From Alphaproteobacteria bacterium (GTDB lineage Bacteria; Pseudomonadota; Alphaproteobacteria; MPNO01; UBA830), in contig OZ219791.1 in assembly GCA_964291215.2 (NCBI GenBank), positions 3,264,001-3,328,000 of the forward strand: DNA of 64,000 nucleotides. The letters run 5' to 3'. How positions within the stretch are numbered: position 1 is the stretch's first letter; each line of letters starts with the position of its first letter. The notes under the pieces were generated by a model, which did no database searches, was not told the origin of the DNA, and saw only the letters and a program-made list of their open reading frames with translations. The position numbers and the translations under genes are program-made. Positions 51,436 through 61,222 of the stretch are shown here, piece by piece.

Positions 51436-51714
51436 TTATCGGCTTTGCTGCCTGATCTTGTCGCACTTGTCTAGCAGCACCGCCAATCGCACCGCGGGGG
51501 ATGCATCCATGTAAAGGGGGCGGGCGTAAGCCTCAAGCAGGAGCGTGCCCTTGACCGCGATCAATGGGGTCCGCGGATCGTCCTCCATGATCCTCGTCAT
51601 GCTGGCCGCTACCCAGTTCCAGCAAGCCTTGTGTCTTTCAGTCGGATCGCCATCGGCGGCCGCTGCTGGAAACGCGAAATGCGCGAGGATCAGACCGATA
51701 ACGATTGCTCTCAT
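51436..51714 (-). CDS. Hypothetical secreted protein (92 aa), IS1595 passenger
   Basis: Signal-peptide-like MRAIVIGLILAHFAFPAAAA, two Cys, GGAG RBS right after the transposase stop. Confidence 0.6.
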   Translation of the reverse strand: MRAIVIGLILAHFAFPAAAADGDPTERHKACWNWVAASMTRIMEDDPRTPLIAVKGTLLLEAYARPLYMDASPAVRLAVLLDKCDKIRQQSR

Positions 51715-51728
51715 GCTCCGTCGTCCTT

Positions 51729-52670
51729 CTATTCGGAGATTAGATCGGAGTAGCTGAGTCGCTTCCCGATCATGCCGGTTACGGTCGTGGCCATCTGGTC
51801 GAGTGTATCGGCGGGCCGGATGTTGTGCCGTCCCGAAAACTCGGTCACATAGCGGTGCATGTGCTTGGTGCTCATGTGGTGGTAGGTACCATGATACCCC
51901 CGCTTGAGCATGGACCAGAAAGACTCGATCCCGTTCGTGTGCGCCATCTGCCGGACATACTCGCCAACGCTGTGATTGACGCTTTCATGGTCGAAAGGAA
52001 TTCCGTTGTATGTCTTCGCGTCATCCGTGTAAACGGTGGCGGACGGATCGGTGTGATCGCCGATGAAGCCGTGCAGGGTTTCGGCGTCAGTCGCCTCGAC
52101 GGGCCGGGCGACGACCTTGCCGGTCTCCCGATCCTTCGCGCCGACCACAGCGGTTTTGCCGACAGGGCCGCGCCCGGTGAGCTTGGCCCGCTTGGCCTTC
52201 GGCATGTTCTTGCGCTTCCCGCCCATGTAGGTCTCATCGACCTCGCAAGGGCCGGCAAAGAGATCGGCGCTGTTATCGTCCCATGTCTCGCGGATGCGGT
52301 GCGCCAGGTGCCAGGCGGTCTTCTGCGTTACGCCGAGATCGCGGTGCAGCTTCATCGAGGACTGTCCCTTGAGGCCGGTGTTGAAGAGGTAGATCGCGAT
52401 GGCCCAGATCTGAAAGCCGAGAGGCGATGAATGCATCAGGGTATCGGTCTTCACTGAGAAGTCCTTGCGGCAGGACCGGCAGCGGTAGGGCTGGGGCTTG
52501 CGCGTCACCCGCTCCTGCACGTTATCGGAGCCGCACTTCGGACAATGGACGCCATCGGGCCAGCGGATTTTCGTGAACCATGCTTCGGCGGTCGCGTCAT
52601 CGGGGAACATGCGGATGAGATCAACGAAGGTCATCCCCTTGCGGAAGTTCTTTCCCGATCCTTTTGTCAT
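51729..52670 (-). CDS. IS1595-family transposase (intact)
   Basis: Zn ribbon CPKC..YRCRSC, EVDETYMGG, VYTDD, VNHS..YV..HTNGIESFWS.LKR. Confidence 0.95.
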   Translation of the reverse strand: MTKGSGKNFRKGMTFVDLIRMFPDDATAEAWFTKIRWPDGVHCPKCGSDNVQERVTRKPQPYRCRSCRKDFSVKTDTLMHSSPLGFQIWAIAIYLFNTGLKGQSSMKLHRDLGVTQKTAWHLAHRIRETWDDNSADLFAGPCEVDETYMGGKRKNMPKAKRAKLTGRGPVGKTAVVGAKDRETGKVVARPVEATDAETLHGFIGDHTDPSATVYTDDAKTYNGIPFDHESVNHSVGEYVRQMAHTNGIESFWSMLKRGYHGTYHHMSTKHMHRYVTEFSGRHNIRPADTLDQMATTVTGMIGKRLSYSDLISE

Positions 52671-52784
52671 GTCTCTACTCCCTATTATGGAAACAGTTTA
52701 CCCAAATCGGGTCGACTCGTCAACAGTTGCCGAAAAAAAAAATTTCTGCTAAATTGTGGGAGTGAACCGTTCACATCATCGCTT

Positions 52785-53300
52785 ATGACGATGGGCTACC
52801 CTGCCAAAGCCGTCGCAAACTACTTCCTGTCAAAATACGGGAAGCATGGCATTACGCCGCTCAAAATCCAGAAGCTCGTGTACATCGCCCATGGTTGGCA
52901 CATGGCCCTGCACGGTGTGGAAAACCCGTTGGTTGATGATGAATATGCCGAGGCTTGGGAATACGGGCCAGTGTTCTCATCCCTGTACCATGAGTTCAAA
53001 TATCGTGGTCGCCTCCCGATCCTCGAACTTGCGACCGAAATAGACGACGATCTGGAATTCACACCCCCGAAGATCCCAAAGTCCGATAAGTCGACCACCG
53101 GGCTGCTTGACCGGATTTGGGAGATCTATGGTGGCCGCACAGGGATTGAACTTTCCGAGATGTGTCATCAGGAAGGTTCGCCGTGGGATAAGGCCAGGAA
53201 AAATTCACAAGGTCGGAGGAACGCTCATATCAGCGACGAAGAAATAGCCGCTCACTATAGAGAGAAGTTGGAGCGAAATAAGGCGCGGCGCAATGGCTGA
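52785..53300 (+). CDS. Panacea/SocA (DUF4065)-like antitoxin
   Basis: AVANYFL, ITPLKIQKLVYIAHGW, EAWEYGPV, LSEMCH..SPW. Confidence 0.88.
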   Translation: MTMGYPAKAVANYFLSKYGKHGITPLKIQKLVYIAHGWHMALHGVENPLVDDEYAEAWEYGPVFSSLYHEFKYRGRLPILELATEIDDDLEFTPPKIPKSDKSTTGLLDRIWEIYGGRTGIELSEMCHQEGSPWDKARKNSQGRRNAHISDEEIAAHYREKLERNKARRNG

Positions 53301-53694
53301 TCTTGATAACGTGACTGAAGACCCAGAAAATTTGTCGCTCGGAGTGACGGGGAACGCTGAATCTGATTTTTTGTCAGGGCAGGGAGAAGCATTAGCAAAA
53401 GTCCAAGTGGCTTTGGCCCGACAAAGATTGCGGTTTAGACGATTTGCTTTCATCGTCGCTCTTCTCGTCATGGTTGCCGCCGGTATTCTGGAATGGAAAC
53501 TTCTGGAATATATTCGCACGCCGTGTTCGCAAGCTGATGACCTGTTCGTTCTTTTGGCCATCTCCCCTATCGCCTCGATTACGCTGATCTTGATCTTCGT
53601 TCTGAACGGTGTGTTTCGTGGTTTCCGAGAAAGCGACCTAAAGGGCCTCCCGCTTGAAACCGCCGGCAAGGCAGCTTTTGGGGGCGATTCTTAG
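53293..53694 (+). CDS. Two-TM membrane protein overlapping the Panacea gene, candidate toxin
   Basis: Hydrophobic segments FAFIVALLVMVAAGIL and LFVLLAISPIASITLILIFVL. Overlaps the upstream gene by 8 bp. Confidence 0.65.
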   Translation: MADLDNVTEDPENLSLGVTGNAESDFLSGQGEALAKVQVALARQRLRFRRFAFIVALLVMVAAGILEWKLLEYIRTPCSQADDLFVLLAISPIASITLILIFVLNGVFRGFRESDLKGLPLETAGKAAFGGDS

Positions 53695-54557
53695 CCTCCC
53701 GCAATCTTGCGGGTTGGGTAAACTAGTATATAAGCCCCTTTTGTTTCCAACACAGTAACTGCTCACCCCCTGGTTCCGGCTTGATGTCGGGGTAGAGCAA
53801 CGAACGGGTTTTCGTGGAGATTTGACACTGCATGCCGATTCGCTTAGTGGTGGTAATCGAGAACGACAGGGACCGCCAGTGGGCTACTTTGGATCGAAGG
53901 CGACGAGCGGGCTGTGCCAGCTGCTTCCGGGGCTCCAGCCCCCGCATGATCTGTATATGGAAACGCATCTCGGAAGCGGCGCGCTGATGAAGCGCAAGGC
54001 CGGGTGATGGCGACGGTCAACGCGGCGCGCGAGGAGTTCGAAGCGGCCAAGACCCGGATCGCGGCGCTGCGTGCGGCCGGCAAGGTGCCGAAAGAGGCCG
54101 TGATCCGCGTCTTCTTCATCCTGCTCGACATCCTCATCGTCGTCCTTCTGGAGAAGACCACGCACGAGCCGGAACTCCGGTCTGCCGCCGTCACAGACGG
54201 ACGAGAGCGTGCCGGGAGCAACGGCAAGGGCCCGAAGCCAAACCGGCAGATGGGCGACAACCTGCGCAAGACTATCGTCGAGGAGACGGTCGCGGCCTGC
54301 GACGCCTGCGGCGCTGACGGCCCCGTCGATCGGGAGCGCCGCGTCCTCTACGACATCGTGTTCGAGGTCGTGCCGCGCCGAGATCAAGGAATGCCCGAAG
54401 TGCAAGGCCCGGGACCGGTTCCCCGAAAACATCCCGTGCAGTACGGCATCGGCATCCAAGCCCTCGTCATCAACCTGCTGGTCGCCCAGATGCTGTCCCT
54501 GCGCCGTCGCGCTCGTGCAGGCGATCTCCGGCATCAAGCTCTCCGAGGCCTCAGCTA

Positions 54558-55851
54558 GATTACGCAACCTGATGTCTGGAAATTGTCGTGAAGCTGATCG
54601 AGCAGTTCCCATTTGATGTATGCCTTGGTTTCGGTTTCCCATTTTTCGTCGATGAGGACCGCGGTTGAGAGGCGCTCCAACGAGGCGAGGTTCGGAAAGA
54701 CTCTGACTTTGGAGGTGCGCCGCTTGAGCTCTTGCTGGATCGGCCGCTCGATGCCGTTCGAGGTTCGCATGCGCTTGCGGTGAGCATCGGGCAAGGTGAA
54801 GACAGCGAGCCCCGCATTGTTTTCCAGCCAGTCTGCGAAGCTTGGATGCTTGTCGCGATAGCTGGCCACGAGGGCGCCCAGTTCAGCCTCGGCGGTTTGG
54901 AGTGAGGACGCATTCCAGACGGCTCCGAGCTGTTTTCCAATACGTTTCCTGATGTCATTGTTCGGTGCGTGCTGCACGGCGTTTTGCGCCAAGTGGAACT
55001 GGCAGCGCTGCCATGTCGCCGCGCCCAGCACCGCGCGTCGTGCCGCTTTCAGCCCAGCATGGTCATCCGAGACGATGAAGGTCGTACCATGCAGGCCACG
55101 GGCTAACAAGCTTTCCAGGAAGGCTCTCCAATGGACCTCGGCCTCGGAGAGCGCCACAGAGAGCCCCAGAACGTGCCTGCAGCCCCTATTCCGATGGCCG
55201 AGAGCACTGCAACATCGCGCACAACGCCGTCATGGCGGGCTTTTTCGTAGCGCGCATCCAGGATCAAGTATTTCATCAGGGGCCGGTTGCGCGGTGAGTT
55301 CTTCGTCGAGCACCCTGGTGGCCCGACTGACCTGAGAAGAGGACAGGCTCCCGAACTCGCGCATTACATCTTGCCGTGTGGAAACACCCTTGATGTACAT
55401 CTCGGCTACGGCCAGCATGACGGCGCGAGAAGATCGCTGGCCGCGTTCAAGCGACTGGGGATAGAACGGATCGTCCCCGTGACCGTTTGGCACCTGAACG
55501 GTAACAGTGGGGGTGTCGATCCGCTTGTAGCCGTTGGCATAGCCCTGTCGCTCCGGTGTCCGTTCGTAGTGGCCCGCTTTCAAGTACTGCTCGCGCTCGA
55601 TTTGCATCGCAAGCTCGAAGAGCTGGCCAAAGACCCGCCCCAGATTCGTTGCTCCGTTTGCGATCAGATGTTCCAAAACAGTCCCGATCGTCGTAGTGTG
55701 TCGCAGGTCCATTCGCTTCCTCCATGAAGGTTTTACAACTCCATGGGATAGCACGATGGCGCCGCGTTTCACTGGGGGGCTAGCCCCCCCCCAGTGAAAC
55801 GCCTCAAAGCGCAAACCTCAGACAAATTTCCAGACATCAAGTTACAGTACC
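54558..55851 (-). mobile_element. IS256-family element, copy B (frameshifted)
   Basis: Same IRs as copy A. Motifs WQRCQFH, TSNGIER. Roughly 0.2 kb of IS66 sequence is missing between its two flanks. Confidence 0.9.
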
Positions 55852-56354
55852 ACCTGCGCGAACTGACCTTTGTCGTCGAGGCTACCGCGCGACTGATGAA
55901 GAGCCTGCTCCGCGAGGTCTGCCACAAGGTCAACAAGAGCGCATCCAAAACCCTGAACGAGGCCGACCTCCGGGCCGTGCGCAAGCGCTACCGCACCATC
56001 CTCACTCAGGGCGCCAGGGAACTGCCCGACATCCCGCCGCCGCCGAAAGGAAAACGTGGACGCAAGTCCGACGCGCACAACCTGCACGAACGTCTCGTGA
56101 AACACGAAAAGTCAGTCCTGCGCTTCATAGACGACCCCGACGTCAGCTTCACCAACAATGCCAGAGAACAGAAGATCAGGATGGCAAAGGTCAAGGTGTC
56201 CGGATGCTTCCGCTCCACGCAAAAGCATGGTGCCAAGCTACCTCACCTCCATGGCCGCACTCGGCTACAACCCACTCGTCGCCACCCAGATCGCCCTCGA
56301 CGGAAAAGCCGCAGACATCATCAACGAGCACCACGACCAATCAGAACCCAACTA

Positions 56355-57525
56355 GTCACCTGAATCTAAAGTTCGTGGCATAAGTTTTTTTCGACGCGGA
56401 GACAGAAGCGCTTGACGGCGGCGAGGATTTCGTCAGCGGACTTTGTCCACTTGAAGGGCTTGGGATTTTCGTTGTGGGTTTTGATGAAGGCCCGGATGTC
56501 GGTTTCGAGTTGCAAGGTCGAGCGGTGGACGCCACGTTGCAACTGCTTGCGGGTCAGTTCGGCGAACCAGCGCTCGACCTGATTGAGCCACGAGGCGGAT
56601 GTCGGCGTGAAGTGGACGTGCCAGTGCGGCCGCCGGGCCAGCCAGGCTTTGACCGCGGCAGTCTTGTGGGTGGCGTAGTTGTCCATGACGATGTGGATGT
56701 CGAGGCCGTCCGGGATATTGCGGTCGATCACCTTGAGGAAGTCGAGGAACTCTTTGGCCCGGTGGCGTCTGTTGCCGATGACCGCGCCGGTGGCGATGTC
56801 GAGCGCGGCGAACAGCGAGGTCGTTCCGTTGCGCTTGTAGTCATGGGTGCGCCGCTCAGGGATGCCGGGCAGCAGGACCGGCTGGGTGCGGTCGAGGGCC
56901 TGGATCTGGCTCTTTTCGTCGACGCAGAGCACCAGCGCGCGATCCGGCGGCGAGAGGTAGAGGCCGACGATGTCGCGGACCTTATCGACGAAGTGCGGAT
57001 CACGAGAGAGCTTGAACGTCTCAGCTCGGTGCGGCTGCAGGCCGAAGGCGCCCCAGATGCGCCAGATCGACGTGTGCGACAGCCCCGCCTCCTTCGCCAT
57101 CGAGCGCAGCGACCAGTGGGTCGCGTCCGCGGGCGTCGAGGTGAGCGTGCGCTCGATCACTTCCGCCACCTTCTCGTCCGCGATGCTCCGCGGGCGTCCC
57201 GGCCGGGGCTCGTCCGAAAGCCCCTCGATGCGGTCCTTGACAAAGCGCTTGCGCCACTTGCCGACGGTGTGCTCGTGCACGCCGATCTCTGCGGCCACCG
57301 CCTTGTTGCCAAGCCCGTCCGCGCAACGCAGGATTATGCGGCAACGATCCGACAGCGAGCGCGCCACACGGTGGCGGCGCACCTGCGCCTCCAGATACGA
57401 CCGTTCCGAATTACTCAAGACCAGCACCGCCAAGGGCCGTCCTATACCGCGTGGCATCGCCATGACCTCCGTGTTCACACTCCGACCGCCATCATACAAT
57501 TATACTTACTTCAGTTCCAGATGAC
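56355..57525 (-). mobile_element. IS630-family element (ORF 56366-57499, probable start MPRGIG)
   Basis: IRs GTCACCTGAATCT and AGTTCCAGATGAC, each flanked by TA. Motifs [28 protein letters not shown]. Apparent short in-frame deletions ([16 protein letters not shown]) relative to my recollection of the family consensus. Confidence 0.92.
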
Positions 57526-57527
57526 TA

Positions 57528-57726
57528 GTGTTGTGTCCCGCAAATACGCGCATATAACCTTTCAAGCTTGTCGAAGATCGAATCTGCGGTTACGACCCAT
57601 ACGAAAGGGGATGTGGATTTTCGGTGGGCAACCAGAGGGGAAGTTGGCGGCCGCGGGGCATATCGAAAGGCCTCCTGTTGCGAGAGAGACCGAGAATATA
57701 TCACACTTATTTACGGGACACTACAC
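57528..57726 (-). mobile_element. MITE: internally deleted IS630-family element
   Basis: IRs (TA)GTGTTGTGTCCCGCAAATA and TATTTACGGGACACTACAC(TA). The minus strand keeps AGGAGG-MPRGRQLP and the C-terminus PFVWVVTADSIFDKLERLYARICGTQH. Confidence 0.85.
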
Positions 57727-58974
57727 TAGGGGTGAGTAGATACGATTCGGTTACTCCTTCGTTTCAGGGGGCTTTCACCCCCTGTCTTCTGCCAGTTCGC
57801 CTGGCACACCGGAACCAGCTCTGCCCGCTCGACCCGGGGCGCACCGTCGTCCCGGGCCTCGGCACCCCGCAGCGCGTACACGCTCTCACGCACCCGCCGC
57901 TCCGTTTCCTCAAAGGCCTCGGCGCTGCGAACCGAGTTGCCGATGACAAACCGCGGTTATCTGCGTGACCGCCTCGACAACCCGAGCGGCAAGCCGGAAA
58001 TATCGATCGACGCGGAAGGCTGCGAAACTGACATGGGAGCGCTCCTGATGCTGTGGATTGTCTCCAATATCATCTCGCATCTTGCGGTGCAGAGCGTTCC
58101 CACCTCCACCGCTCGGCCCGTGACAAAATCCTGTCCTGAAACCGGCGATTGTCACGAAAACCCGTTTTCGCCGCTGCCTCGCGACCACACAACCGCGTTA
58201 AATCAATGATTTGCATTCGCCATGCGAGAACTGCACCCGGACCGCGCGCTGCAACACCCCGCCCGTGCCCTGCGAGACCTTGGTCGAGGTCCCGCGCCAC
58301 GGCGGCGGTGTCTGCCGGGCCGCGGGCTGGACCCGCGTCGGAACAACCAGAGGGCGCGGCCGCTACGACCGACATGACAGGGCCGACAAGCCGAAGAAGG
58401 ACATCTGGCTCTGCCCGCTCCGCAAGGACCGGAAGCGGGCCCTCAATCGCTGAACCCTGCAACCGCCAACCGGCACAGGATGGCGCTCAGCTCCTCCTCC
58501 GCAGCGCCGGGACCACAGTGATCCCACGCTGTTAATCCGGCGACGACTGGCGAGATTTTTTCAGTTTGCGTCGCGCTGCAATCGTGCCGCCAAGGCTTGA
58601 TGGGGCCTTCTCGGCACGAAAATTGTGATCAAGGAGGCGATTTGTGATGAGTCGAGCCCCAACGTATTCGGATTTCGCGTCTCCGAATTAGCATGGGATC
58701 GTCGTGCGCTGGGACAAAACCGCAACCAATGCGGAAAACACGGCATGGCGCCAGTGCCCCTCACCGCGCATCCCGGTGCACGAAACCGCTCCGGGTAACT
58801 CTGGAACTCCCTGACAAAAGCCCGTCAAACGGACGAAAACAACAACACCTCACCGCACGAACGAACGCTTACAGTTACCGTTTTCTGTTCGATTCGGCAC
58901 TACGGCCTGGTGGACCGGGACGCATGTCTCCGGTTGCAGGAAATCAGCACCTTAAAGCCATTGTTCACGACAAA

Positions 58975-58991
58975 TGTTCTCCATATGTTCT
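58975..58991. promoter_or_regulatory. LexA (SOS) box upstream of the mobilisation genes
   Basis: TGTTCT-ccata-TGTTCT, a perfect GTTC-N7-GTTC, with a further GTTC at 58963. Confidence 0.65.
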
Positions 58992-59355
58992 GCATCCATG
59001 CCGGAACACCTTTCCATCGCGAACGCTTCCGCAGGTCGGGCCGGTTGGCCCTGTGGCCACCCGAACCGCCGTGCGCGAAGGCGCACGGCCCTCCCGGGAA
59101 GCGCCCGACTGGCCTCCGGAACGCGGATGGACACTGCCGGCAAGGGCGACGGGCCGGGTTCGATCAGGCTCTTCGAATTGCCGCTCCCCGGCACGGTGAT
59201 CGGCGACGTACCAGTGAACGGCGCTCCCGGGTGGTCCGGGCGGTTGTCGGACAGGCTGTCGCAGCGCTTTGTTGGCCGGATACGAAGCCGTGGCAAGCGC
59301 TCGAAGCGCCCCTCGATCTCATGTCTCCGCTGCTGTTGTCGGACGGGCGGCCGGC

Positions 59356-61218
59356 ATGGCACCTGAAATCCCCGAGGTGTCGTCGACCGCGGTTCTCGCG
59401 GGCACGTTGGGCCTCGCCCTGGTCCTGTTCTATGCGACTGACCGCCGCGAGAAATGGCTCTGGCTCCGGTTCTGCGTGCATGGCGGCGCGCTCGCGGCCT
59501 GCGGCGCGATCCTGTGGACGGCGGTCGTGCGGCCGCTCGCCGACAACGGCCCGGCGGCACTTCTCGCACCCCTTCAGGAGGCCGCGTTCGGCGGTTCGGC
59601 CGCCGTCATGCTGGCCCTGCCGGGATTCGTGATCATGACCGTGCTGTGGCTCGAGGTCGCCGTGCAGGCGCTCAAGCGCCTCCACCGGCGGACGCGGCGG
59701 CAACGCGCCGATTCCGACCTCTATGGCCGGGCGTCGTTCCTCGATCCGCGTTTCGTGACGCGGTTAACGCGGCGTGACGGTATTCTCCTCGGCCAGCGGG
59801 GCTCCGGTCTGGAGGCGCCGATCGTCGCCTGGCCGCTGGAGGGCTCCGCGATCACCATCGCGCCGCCGCGGACGGGGAAGGGCGCGACGATTGCGCTCAA
59901 CCTCCTGTCGCCCGGGTGGCGCGGTTTTGCAGGCTCGACCGTAATCATCGATCCCCGCGGCGAGATCTGGTGCGTCGCCGCGCGCCGCCGCCGGGAGATG
60001 GGGCGTCAGGTGCTGCTTCTCGATCCGTTCTCGGTCGTCGAGAGGCATGCGGCGCAGTTCCCCGAAGCGCACCTGCCGGTGACCGGGAGCGCGGTGTTCA
60101 ATCCGCTGGACTTCATCCGCGACGACGAGAATCACGCCTACCACGACATCAACATCCTGCTCGACGCGCTGCTGACGCCGCCGAAGCCCGATGCCCATCC
60201 CGCGGCCAGGCATTTCTACGAGTCCGCGCACGCGATCATCGCCGGCTACATGGCTTGGGTTCGCTATCGCGAACCGGAGCCGCAGCGTACTCTGGAGAGG
60301 CTTCACCAGATGCTGTCGATGTCGGCCAGGCAGCAGGACACCTTTGCCGAGGCGATTCGCGAGACCGAACGTTTTGCCGGCGGCCTGACCCATCTCGCGG
60401 TCGAGAGACAGAGCCAGACGGGATCGGACGAGAAGGGGTCGAATTTCTCGACGATCGCGAACCAGCTCGCGTTCCTGAACTTTCCCGAACTCCGGTCGCA
60501 CACCCGAAAGTCGAATTTCGATCCTCTGGATCTTGCCGACGGCAAGACCGATCTGTTCGTGGTCGCGCCGGAGGAGATGATTGATCACGTCAGGGGCTGG
60601 ATCAGGCTTTGGATCACGATCCCGAACGCGGTGTCGGGGCGCCGCGCCCTGGAGCGGGACCTCTTCCTGATCATCGACGAGATGCCGCGGCTGGGCTTCC
60701 TCAAGCCGGTCATGGACGGCTACAACCTGGCGGCCGGCAGGGGCGTGCATTTCTGGTGCTTCGCGCAGTCGCTGTCGGCTCTCGATTCGACCTGGGGCCG
60801 GGATCACCGCAAGACGCTCACGGATCTTGCCGAGGTTGTGCAGGTCCTCGGCTTCCCGCGCACGGATGCGGCGGGGGCGGAGGAGATGTCGAAGGCGCTC
60901 GGCACGGCAACCTTCGAATCGAGAACCGAAAGCCGCTCGGGAACGATTTCCGAAAGCAGGGTCCTGGCGGCCAATACCCAGTGGCAGGCCGGAGAATCGC
61001 GCACAGTGGTGCGCGAACGGCTGGTCACGCCCGACGAGCTGATGACGCTGCCGCCCGATCGGCAGTTCGTGATCGCCGCGCCAAAGGACATGCCGCGCGA
61101 TCCGCTGCACCTCAATCACACCCGCTACTGGAAACACCGTGCAACCGAACTGCTTGCCGATCCGAATCCGCTGGCCATGCGCAAGCGTTGCGCCGCGCCG
61201 CAGCTGGCAGCTGGCTGA
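59356..61218 (+). CDS. Type IV coupling protein (VirD4/TraG family)
   Basis: N-terminal TMs, YGRASF, Walker A APPRTGKG, IDPRGE, FNPLD, Walker B IIDEMPRLG, QSLSAL, LVTPDEL. Start uncertain (59269 or 59356). Confidence 0.9.
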   Translation: MAPEIPEVSSTAVLAGTLGLALVLFYATDRREKWLWLRFCVHGGALAACGAILWTAVVRPLADNGPAALLAPLQEAAFGGSAAVMLALPGFVIMTVLWLEVAVQALKRLHRRTRRQRADSDLYGRASFLDPRFVTRLTRRDGILLGQRGSGLEAPIVAWPLEGSAITIAPPRTGKGATIALNLLSPGWRGFAGSTVIIDPRGEIWCVAARRRREMGRQVLLLDPFSVVERHAAQFPEAHLPVTGSAVFNPLDFIRDDENHAYHDINILLDALLTPPKPDAHPAARHFYESAHAIIAGYMAWVRYREPEPQRTLERLHQMLSMSARQQDTFAEAIRETERFAGGLTHLAVERQSQTGSDEKGSNFSTIANQLAFLNFPELRSHTRKSNFDPLDLADGKTDLFVVAPEEMIDHVRGWIRLWITIPNAVSGRRALERDLFLIIDEMPRLGFLKPVMDGYNLAAGRGVHFWCFAQSLSALDSTWGRDHRKTLTDLAEVVQVLGFPRTDAAGAEEMSKALGTATFESRTESRSGTISESRVLAANTQWQAGESRTVVRERLVTPDELMTLPPDRQFVIAAPKDMPRDPLHLNHTRYWKHRATELLADPNPLAMRKRCAAPQLAAG

Positions 61219-61222
61219 CGGA

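Larger units (their letters stand above)
50889..53738 (-). mobile_element. IS1595-family element with passenger genes (2850 bp)
   Basis: 25-bp IRs GGGGATTATATACCAGTTTACCCAA and TTGGGTAAACTAGTATATAAGCCCC (23/25 match). 8-bp TSD TTTTGTTT at 50881-50888 and 53739-53746. Confidence 0.93.
53755..57743 (+). mobile_element. IS66-family copy 4, containing nested IS256, IS630 and a MITE
   Basis: Left IR GTAACTGCTCACCCC at 53755, right IR ending GAGTAGATAC at 57743. The flanks do not form a TSD. Confidence 0.88.

Noticed and set aside
53755-57743. TSD for IS66 copy 4
   Set aside because: Flanks CCAACACA and GATTCGGT do not match, so no clean insertion can be claimed.
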